DNA from: an uncultured Acidobacteriaceae bacterium
GTDB lineage: Bacteria > Acidobacteriota > Terriglobia > Terriglobales > Acidobacteriaceae
Length of the DNA stretch: 64,000 nt
Reading direction: 5' to 3'
NCBI GenBank assembly: GCA_963712385.1
Contig: CAVQHS010000009.1
Location: 603,146-667,145 of the forward strand
Positions 16,276-25,458 of the stretch are shown in pieces. A model generated the notes under the pieces. The model was not told where the DNA came from. It made no database searches and was given only the letters and a program-made list of their open reading frames with translations. The position numbers were made by a program, and so were the translations under genes. The number at the start of each line of letters is the position of its first letter. Within the stretch, counting starts at the first letter, position 1.

Positions 16276-17935
16276 ATGAAACTGCTTTCCGCATTGTTTT
16301 GCTGTTTCCTTTCGTGCGCACTGGCAGCACAAGAAGCGCCGTCCACCAGCGGCGCAAAGCCTGCCACTCTACAAGGCATTGTCGTCAAAGAACCCGGCAG
16401 TGAGCCCGTCAAGAAGGCGCTCATCGAACTCATCGCGGAAAGCCAGAACGATGCCGGAAACTACACGGCGCTTTCCGGCAACGATGGCAGCTTTCGCATT
16501 GAAAACATCGCCCCCGGCCGTTATCGGTTGTTTGCCGAGCGCACTGGGTACCGGGAAATCACCAAGCACCGCCAACGTTCCGAAGGACGAGTGGTTACAC
16601 TGACTGCCGGGCAGGAACTCAAAGATTTTGTGATTCACCTGCAAGCCGCCGCAGTCATCGAAGGTCGCATTACCGATGAAGATGGCGATCCCATGGCCGA
16701 GGCTCAAGTCGTGGTTTTTCGCCAGACCTTTGTTGCCGGGCACACTCATTGGGAACAGATTGGCGCGGAGCGTACGAACGATTTGGGTGAATATCGCATT
16801 TCGGCGCTAGTTTCGGGACAGTACTTTATTTCCGTGACGCCTCCGCCCGATTTTCGAAGTCTGATCGAAACCGCGGGGAACAAACCCCACGACGCCACCG
16901 ATGCAACTGGCAAATCTGTTACTTACGCCTATCAGACCACTTACTATCCCGGCACTCACGAGCGCGCGCAGGCGACGCCAATTCAGTTGCACGCCGGGGA
17001 GGACTTTCCCGCGAATTTCTCCCTTACGCAAGGGCCGAGCCTGATGATCAAAGGTTCGGTGACGAATCTTCCTGCGGGAGCAAGTGCGGCAATCACCCTG
17101 CAATCCCGGGATTTCAATGTTGTGCTGAACGGCGCTGAGATGCGCAAAGATGGCAGCTTCGAGATTCGCGATGTGAGCCCCGGCGCATACACGATCATCG
17201 CGACTGTCGACAATGCGGCCGCGCCCATGATGGCGCGCCAGTCGTTGCAGGTGGCGGAGAACGTAGACGGCGTGCGGATGAGTCTTCAGGTCGGAGCCAC
17301 GATCCGTGGGCGGCTTCGGATTGAGAGCGGAGGCGGAATCCGACCTGGAGCTTCTCAGTTTTTTCTCCTATTGCGTCCAGCCGAAGACACCGAGGATGCG
17401 CTCAGCTCGTTTGGGCTGGCTTCGCAGCCCGCTCAGGTGAATGCAGATGGCAGTTTCGAATGGAAAGATGTAATGCCGGAGCGTTATTTCATTCAACTCT
17501 CGGAAGCCAGTGCAACTGCAGACTGTTTTCTGAAATCTGTGGCCGTGAATGGGCGCGATGTTTCTGAATCAGGATTCAACTTGGGAAGCGGAATGACGAT
17601 GGTAGATCTCGTGGCGAGCACGAACGGAGCCAGCGTCGAAGGAATTGCGACCAACGCCGCTGGCGACCCTGTGGCCGATGCCGTTCTTGTAGCCGTGCCG
17701 GAAGGGCGCCTCCGGCGTCTTCCCGATCATTATCGGAGATCTACGAGTGACCAGAGTGGGCACTTCCGCGTGCGGGGCTTGCCTCCCGGCGACTATACGA
17801 TCTTTGCCTGGGAGAGCGTTGAGGGTGAGGCTTACTTCAATTCGGACTTCATTAGAAATTACGAAGGGCAGGGCAAAGCTCTACACATGAGCGAAGGAGA
17901 GCGGGTCAGCTTGCAGGTGAAAGTAATTCCTGAAA

Positions 17936-17949
<14 letters not shown>
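16276..17949 (+). CDS. Secreted carboxypeptidase-regulatory-like (CarboxypepD_reg) repeat protein
   Basis: ATG 16276 gives the signal peptide MKLLSALFCCFLSCALAAQ. Repeated G.V.D..G.P...A.V modules are present (LQGIVVKEPGSEPVKKALIEL, IEGRITDEDGDPMAEAQVVV, VEGIATNAAGDPVADAVLV). Confidence 0.75.
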
Positions 17950-19636
<1,687 letters not shown>

Positions 19637-19660
19637 GAATTTGAAAAGTCGGAGGATACG

Positions 19661-20656
19661 ATGCTCTGCTTGCGCAAGCTCTATTCCCTTTCTGTTGCGG
19701 CCTTTCTTTCACTTGCATCGCTTAGTTGCGGCCCTCACGATTCCAACGAATATTTCGTTTTCGTAGCCGCCAATCTGCAAGTGCCCTATTGGCAGTCGGC
19801 GGGCGCCGGATTTACAAAGGCAGGAACTCAGTTCAAAGTGCGCACAGATTTTGCCGGACCAAGTAACTACGATCCGAAAGCCGAACGCGACGCACTCGAT
19901 CAAGCCGTGCAACACAAAGCGACTGGAATCCTGCTCGGAGTAACCGATCCGTCTTTGCTTAAAGAGAGCATCGACAAGGCCATCGCCGCCGGAATTCCCG
20001 TCATTACCATGGATTCGGACGCACCCACGAGCAAGAGACTCTTCTTCATTGGCACCAACAATTATCAGGTGGGCATGACCGGTGGCCTGCGCCTGGCAGA
20101 GGAACTCAAAGGAAAAGGCAACGTGGTGGTTTTTACCATGCCTGATCAGCACAACATGCAGGATCGTCTGCACGGTTATCGCGACGCGTTCGAGCGCACG
20201 CCGGGCATCAAAATTACGCGTGTGGTTGATATTCAAGGCGACCCACGCATCGCTTTCGACACGACTACAGAGATCATTGGCAAAGAAAAAGATCAAGTGG
20301 ATGCGTTCGTTTGCCTGGAAGCGCAATCCGGCAAGGAAGTCGCCGGCGTGCTCAACAGCTATCACATTACCGCCAAGGTGGTGATGGCGATGGACACGGA
20401 TCCGGAAACGCTGGAATTGATCAAGAGCGGCGCGATCGCGGCTACCATTTCGCAGAAGCCGTACACCATGGCATTTGTCGGCATGCAGATGCTCGACACC
20501 CTGTACCATCACAAACCCTCTTCGCTTGAAACCGAATGGTCCACGGATGCCTTTGCGCCGATCCCCACTTTCGTCGATACTGGTTCTGAACTCATCGATA
20601 AAAGCAATGTTGACGCCTTCTTGCAGGCAAAGCAGGGAGCGACTGGCACGAAATAG
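19661..20656 (+). CDS. Periplasmic sugar-binding-protein-family lipoprotein (type I PBP fold)
   Basis: ATG with a ggagga RBS. Lipobox-like SLASLSC. FVFVAANLQVPYWQS...GIPVITMDSD...FIGTNNYQ is typical of the ribose/galactose-binding family. No ABC permease or ATPase gene is adjacent. Confidence 0.7.
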   Translation: MLCLRKLYSLSVAAFLSLASLSCGPHDSNEYFVFVAANLQVPYWQSAGAGFTKAGTQFKVRTDFAGPSNYDPKAERDALDQAVQHKATGILLGVTDPSLLKESIDKAIAAGIPVITMDSDAPTSKRLFFIGTNNYQVGMTGGLRLAEELKGKGNVVVFTMPDQHNMQDRLHGYRDAFERTPGIKITRVVDIQGDPRIAFDTTTEIIGKEKDQVDAFVCLEAQSGKEVAGVLNSYHITAKVVMAMDTDPETLELIKSGAIAATISQKPYTMAFVGMQMLDTLYHHKPSSLETEWSTDAFAPIPTFVDTGSELIDKSNVDAFLQAKQGATGTK

Positions 20657-20693
20657 TCCGCAAAAGTTTTGGGGAAAACATTCGCACAACAGG

Positions 20694-22052
20694 ATGAATG
20701 GTTCAATGAGAGACTCGCGTCTTCGGCAAATCGTAATGCTTGTTGGCCTGCTCTTATTTGGTGGCACAACTCTGTTCGCAGTCGACCGTCAACCCAACGC
20801 CGATTACCATGCGCGCCGCGAAGCGCTGGCCAATAAAACCGGCGGCCTGGTCGTACTCTTCGCGCCCATGGAGAATGAAGGTCCAAACGATCTGTACGGC
20901 TTTCGCCAGGACGATGATTTCTACTATCTTTCCGGATTGACCGAGCCGGGCATTGCACTGCTGATTGCTCCAGCCGCCGAGGCCTCCGCTGATAAGCCGG
21001 CCCGTCCATATACTGAAATTCTTTTTCTTCCTGCGCGCAATCTGACGCAGGAAAAATGGACCGGACCCAAACTCGGTCCGGAAAACCCCGACGCCCCCAA
21101 GATCACCGGTTTCGATCGCGTCGAAGACATGGCCAAGCTGCCGGAAGAAGTGATGAAGGTCGCCTCCGGTTTGCATCCCGCGATTTACACCGACCTAGCT
21201 TCCGATGGTCAAACTTCGGCGAGCATGGAACCGCTTGAGTTTCTGAAAGACGTGAATTCGTTTCTTGTCTTTCCGGATGTGAAGCCTATGATCGAGTCTC
21301 TGCGCACGGTAAAAGATCCGGGAGAAGTTGCGCTCATCCGCAAAGCGGTCGACGCGTCCGTAGCCGCACACTTCGCGGCATTCAAAGCCGTAAAGCCCGG
21401 TGTGAACGAACGTGAAATCGCCGCGCTCATGGAGTACGAGTGGGGTAAGCGCGGCTGCGAGCGACCGGCTTACGCTCCGATTGTGGGATCCGGATTTTAC
21501 TCCACCGTTCTGCATTACTCCGACGATTCGAATGTAATGAAGGCGGGCGATGTGGTTGTCATCGATGCAGCGGGTGAATACTCGATGTACGCCTCCGACA
21601 TCACGCGCACCCTCCCCATCAATGGACATTTCACCCCGCGCCAGCGTGAAATTTACGCCATTGTTCTCGGGGCGCAGCATGCCTCCGAGAACGCTTTCAA
21701 GTCCGGCAAGTCCAGCATGAAGCGCGACGATCCCGACTCGCTGTACAAAGTCGCCTACGATTACATCAACACGCACGGCAAAGATCTGCACGGCGAACCG
21801 TTAGGAAAATATTTCATTCACGGCCTCGGCCATCCCGTCGGGCTGAATGTGCACGACGCGACTGATCACAACCTCCCGCTGGGGCCGGGACAGGTTTTTA
21901 CCATTGAGCCGGGAATCTACATTCCAGAAGAAAAGTTAGGCGTGCGCATCGAAGACGATTACTACGTGGACGCCGATGGCAAGCTGATCAAGCTCAGCGC
22001 CGCCCTGCCTTCGAAGGCGGAAGATGTGGAGAAGGCCATGGCCGGCCAGTGA
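20694..22052 (+). CDS. Xaa-Pro aminopeptidase (peptidase M24B), secreted
   Basis: ATG 20694 with a signal-like MLVGLLLFGGTTLFAV. M24 metal-ligand context VVIDAAGEYSMYASDITRT, HGLGHPVGLNVHD, and FTIEPGIY...GVRIEDD. Confidence 0.85.
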   Translation: MNGSMRDSRLRQIVMLVGLLLFGGTTLFAVDRQPNADYHARREALANKTGGLVVLFAPMENEGPNDLYGFRQDDDFYYLSGLTEPGIALLIAPAAEASADKPARPYTEILFLPARNLTQEKWTGPKLGPENPDAPKITGFDRVEDMAKLPEEVMKVASGLHPAIYTDLASDGQTSASMEPLEFLKDVNSFLVFPDVKPMIESLRTVKDPGEVALIRKAVDASVAAHFAAFKAVKPGVNEREIAALMEYEWGKRGCERPAYAPIVGSGFYSTVLHYSDDSNVMKAGDVVVIDAAGEYSMYASDITRTLPINGHFTPRQREIYAIVLGAQHASENAFKSGKSSMKRDDPDSLYKVAYDYINTHGKDLHGEPLGKYFIHGLGHPVGLNVHDATDHNLPLGPGQVFTIEPGIYIPEEKLGVRIEDDYYVDADGKLIKLSAALPSKAEDVEKAMAGQ

Positions 22053-22061
22053 AGATTGGAT

Positions 22062-22155
22062 AATAGAGAAATTAGAGTAATCGGTTAATTGAAAAACGAC
22101 GACGTGGCGACCCTCCAATTACTCAATTATTGAATTTCCCAATTGCTCAATTTTT
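22062..22155. repeat. Second copy of the AATTG-word inverted repeat (8-nt periodic)
   Basis: Right arm ccaattac|tcaattat|tgaatttc|ccaattgc|tcaatttt. The reverse complement of 22133..22153 (aaattgagcaattgggaaatt) matches 7490..7510 at 19/21. Lies between the convergent 3' ends of the aminopeptidase gene and mlaF. Confidence 0.65.
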
Positions 22156-23002
22156 ACGAGATATACTCCCGAATGTACTCATCCTGCGTGTGCGCCAGTT
22201 GCTCAACGTCTCCGTCAAAAATAATCTTGCCGTCCCGCAGAATCAGAAAGCTCATCGGCACTTCGCAGTGCTGTCCTTTTGGGAGAGCAACCATGCGGTT
22301 CAGTTGCTTGTCGAACTGATGCGTTGCCATCGTAAACGCATCCTGCAAACGATGCGTCACCAGCAGGGCGCTGGTCTTATTGACGTCGCGTTGCTTTACG
22401 ATCAGGTCGATAATGGTGTTTGACGTTACTGGATCGAGACCGCCGGTAGGGGAGTCGTAGAGCAGTAGCTCCGGCTGCGTAATCAGTGCTCGTGCGATGG
22501 CGACGCGGCGCCGCATGCCTCCTGAAAGTTCGGAGGGATCGAGATCGAGTGTCTGCTCCAGTTCCACGAAGCGCAGCACCTCGCGGACGCGGCGGTCAAT
22601 CTCGTCGTCGTAAACGCCGTGCTCCTCCATCAGGCGGAAGGCCACATTTTCCCGCACGCTGAGAGAATCAAATAACGCACTTTCCTGGAAGACCATTCCG
22701 ATCTTGGCGCGCAAGGCGAACAACTCTTCTTCCGGCATGTGGGTAATGTCTTCACCCAATACGATAATGCGGCCAGAGTCGGGACGAATTAAACCAAGCG
22801 ACAATTTGAGAACGAGGCTCTTGCCCGATCCCGCCACGCCGAAGATGGCTTTCGTTTCTCCGCGCGGCAAGTGGAACGAAACTCCGCGCAGAACTTCGTT
22901 GTCCCCAAAAGCGAGCGCGACGTTTTCAAATACGATGACGGACGAAGAATCGTCTCTTGTACTTACGCAGACGGAATCGAGCGGCAAAGTGGGGACTGAC
23001 AT
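22154..23002 (-). CDS. mlaF: ABC transporter ATP-binding protein, MlaF-like
   Basis: Walker A GVAGSGKS, signature LSGGMRRRVAIARAL, Walker B LLLYDSPTGGLD. Confidence 0.8.
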   Translation of the reverse strand: MSVPTLPLDSVCVSTRDDSSSVIVFENVALAFGDNEVLRGVSFHLPRGETKAIFGVAGSGKSLVLKLSLGLIRPDSGRIIVLGEDITHMPEEELFALRAKIGMVFQESALFDSLSVRENVAFRLMEEHGVYDDEIDRRVREVLRFVELEQTLDLDPSELSGGMRRRVAIARALITQPELLLYDSPTGGLDPVTSNTIIDLIVKQRDVNKTSALLVTHRLQDAFTMATHQFDKQLNRMVALPKGQHCEVPMSFLILRDGKIIFDGDVEQLAHTQDEYIREYIS

Positions 23003-23006
23003 GGAA

Positions 23007-23801
23007 TCAGTGGTATGAAAGAGTCGCCATCAGCAAGCGCGTGACGATCAGATCCACCGCGAGAATCAGGACTGACGCAGCCACCATGGCCTGTGTAGTA
23101 GCGCGGCCCACGCCCTGAGTTCCGCCCCGCGCGTTCATGCCATAGAAACATCCGACCGTAGCGATGATGAAGCCGAAAATGACAGGCTTGATTAAACCCA
23201 TGAACACATCCTGAAAAACCAGCGTCTGCCACGCATTCGACCAGTACTGCCGCGCATCAAGGCCGAGCAGCAATTTTGAAATCGCGAGACCCCCACCCAA
23301 TCCCACGAGATCAGAAATGATAGTCAGGAAAAAAAGCATGAACACGGTGGCGACCACGCGCGGCGTCACTAACTTCTTCATCGGATCGGTGCCAAGCGCG
23401 CGCATAGCGTCAATCTGCTCGGTCACGATCATCGATCCCAGTTCGCTGGCCATGCCGGAAGAATTTCGGCCAGCCACCATCAAACTCGTCAGCACGGGCC
23501 CGAGTTCCCGCACCATCGACGTGGAAACCAGTTGACCCACGAGAGTAATCGAGCCGAACCGTTCCAGCGTATTTGAGGTTTGCAGCGCGAGAACGGCTCC
23601 AGTGAAAAAACCGGTGAGCACCACAATCGGCAGAGATCCAACGCCAATCGTATCGGCCTGCGTCACCATATCGGCGAGGTACAGCGGTTTCCGAAAGAGA
23701 TTTGCCAACGCCTGCAGGCAAAACACAAAGTAGTTTTGAACCGTGAAGACCTTTTCTTTGGCGAGTTCAGTGGGCGAGATTAGTTCCATGCCGGTCTGCA
23801 A
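23007..23801 (-). CDS. mlaE: ABC transporter permease, MlaE family
   Basis: 264-aa polytopic protein. The LVSTSMVRELGPVLTSLMVAGRNSSGMASELGSM...EQIDAMRALG block is typical of MlaE. Confidence 0.8.
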   Translation of the reverse strand: MQTGMELISPTELAKEKVFTVQNYFVFCLQALANLFRKPLYLADMVTQADTIGVGSLPIVVLTGFFTGAVLALQTSNTLERFGSITLVGQLVSTSMVRELGPVLTSLMVAGRNSSGMASELGSMIVTEQIDAMRALGTDPMKKLVTPRVVATVFMLFFLTIISDLVGLGGGLAISKLLLGLDARQYWSNAWQTLVFQDVFMGLIKPVIFGFIIATVGCFYGMNARGGTQGVGRATTQAMVAASVLILAVDLIVTRLLMATLSYH

Positions 23802-23892
23802 GCGCTCTGGCCGACAACGCGCTTTTCCGAACTATAGCAGAGAACAGAGGTGGGTAGGCAGCGATCAACTCGCGGGCAGTCAGTTATCTTTC

Positions 23893-23977
23893 GTGATTCC
23901 GAGCGAAGCGAGGGATCTCGATCTCGGCTTCCACTGCCACAGGCAAGAACTCCGATCCTCACTCCATTCGGAATAAG
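23893..23977. repeat. REP/MITE-like inverted repeat of the SEARDL type
   Basis: Left arm gtgattccgagcgaagcgagggatc. Reverse complement of the right arm is cttattccgaatggagtgaggatc. The spurious translation is ...VIPSEARDL... About 35-nt centre. Confidence 0.6.
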
Positions 23978-23990
23978 AGAGAACGGGGAG

Positions 23991-25430
23991 CTAGCCGCGC
24001 GCTTTCTTCTTGATCTCGATATTGAGCCGACGAATCTTCTGATTCAGCGTGGAAAGCGGAACTTTAAAGCGCTCGGCCGCCTCGGTCTGGTTCCAGTTGC
24101 ACTTTTCCAGCATGTCGCTGATGATGCGCTTTTCCACGTCTTCCACGATTTCGAAGAGAGACGCATCGGAAGGCGGTTCGCCCAACATAAGCGCCGAGCC
24201 ACGGCCCAGAATGTTATCCGGCAGCAGATCCAACGTGATCTCAGGCCCGGAGGAAAGCACCACGGCGCGCTCGATCACATTCTCCAGTTCGCGCACATTG
24301 CCCGGCCAGGAATAGGACATCAAAGGACGCAAGGCTTCCGGCGTGATGCGGCGCACAGGTCGATCGTTTTCTTCCGCATACTTTTTCAGGAAAAACTGCA
24401 CCAGCAACGGAATATCTTCCCGCCGCTGCCGCAACGGCGGCAGTTCGATGGTAATCACATTCAGGCGGTAAAACAGGTCTTCGCGGAAGCGGCCTTCGCG
24501 CACCATCTGACGCAAATCGATGTTCGTCGCGGCGATAATGCGGACATCGACCTGAATCTCCTGCACTCCGCCGAGATGCATGAAGCGGCGATCCTGCAGC
24601 ACGCGCAGAATCTTGGCTTGAGTTTCGAGGCTCATGGTCGCAATTTCATCGAGAAACAATGTGCCGTGGTCAGCAATTTCAAATAAGCCCTTCTTGGAAG
24701 CGACGGCGCTGGTAAACGCGCCCTTCACGTGCCCGAACAAAGTGGATTCGAGCAAATCCGTAGGCATGGAGCCGGTATTCACTGGAACGAACGGTCGCTC
24801 CCGTCGCGGAGAGTTCAAATGCAGCGCCTTGGCGATAATTTCTTTGCCAGTACCGCTTTCCCCTTGCAGCAAAACTGTCGACCGGCTGTTCGCGACCTGG
24901 GCCACTAGGTCGAAAATCTTGAGCATCGGCTCGCTTTTGCCGACGATATTTTCAAAGTTGTAGCGCTCTTTCAGTGCGCGCTTCAGTTGAACGTTTTCTT
25001 CCTCCGCCCGCCGCCACCCCACTACCGCGCGAACATCAGCGAGCAGTTTCTCGTTGTCCCACGGCTTCTGAACGAAATTTACCGCGCCACCCTGCATGGC
25101 GCGAACCGCGTTTTCGACTGTGCCGAAAGCGGTGATCATGATGACAGGCAGGTTCGTCTCATGAGCGCGAATCTCGGCGAGAATCTCCATGCCATTGCGG
25201 CCAGGCAAAGTAAGATCAAGGAGGATCAAATCGAACGGATGTTCGCCAATCCGCTGCAAGCCAGCCTCGCCGCTGCCAGCAGTTTCCACGGCGAAGCCTT
25301 CCAGTTCCAGCAGAGTCTGCAGAGATTCGCGAATCTCCGCTTCATCATCGATAATGAGAACCGCACCGGCCATACCGGCACTTCCATTCAATCCCGACCG
25401 CGCAATCACCGCCGTTTCCGACATATTCAA
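23991..25430 (-). CDS. Sigma-54-dependent response regulator (NtrC family enhancer-binding protein)
   Basis: REC domain (VLIIDDE, DLILLDLTLPGRNG). AAA+ domain (GESGTGKE, and GAFTSA as a variant of GAFTGA). C-terminal Fis-type HTH (FKVPLSTLNQKIRRL). Confidence 0.9.
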   Translation of the reverse strand: MNMSETAVIARSGLNGSAGMAGAVLIIDDEAEIRESLQTLLELEGFAVETAGSGEAGLQRIGEHPFDLILLDLTLPGRNGMEILAEIRAHETNLPVIMITAFGTVENAVRAMQGGAVNFVQKPWDNEKLLADVRAVVGWRRAEEENVQLKRALKERYNFENIVGKSEPMLKIFDLVAQVANSRSTVLLQGESGTGKEIIAKALHLNSPRRERPFVPVNTGSMPTDLLESTLFGHVKGAFTSAVASKKGLFEIADHGTLFLDEIATMSLETQAKILRVLQDRRFMHLGGVQEIQVDVRIIAATNIDLRQMVREGRFREDLFYRLNVITIELPPLRQRREDIPLLVQFFLKKYAEENDRPVRRITPEALRPLMSYSWPGNVRELENVIERAVVLSSGPEITLDLLPDNILGRGSALMLGEPPSDASLFEIVEDVEKRIISDMLEKCNWNQTEAAERFKVPLSTLNQKIRRLNIEIKKKARG

Positions 25431-25458
25431 CCCCTAGACCTTGTGACGCGCCGCAGAG

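Noticed and set aside
19709-20767. 352-aa minus-strand ORF
   Set aside because: It lies antisense to the well-supported sugar-binding lipoprotein gene. Its composition is Arg/His/Gly-rich with no motifs, a typical shadow ORF of GC-rich DNA. The same reasoning applies to 13178..13753, 18032..18820, 320..892 and 5605..6375.
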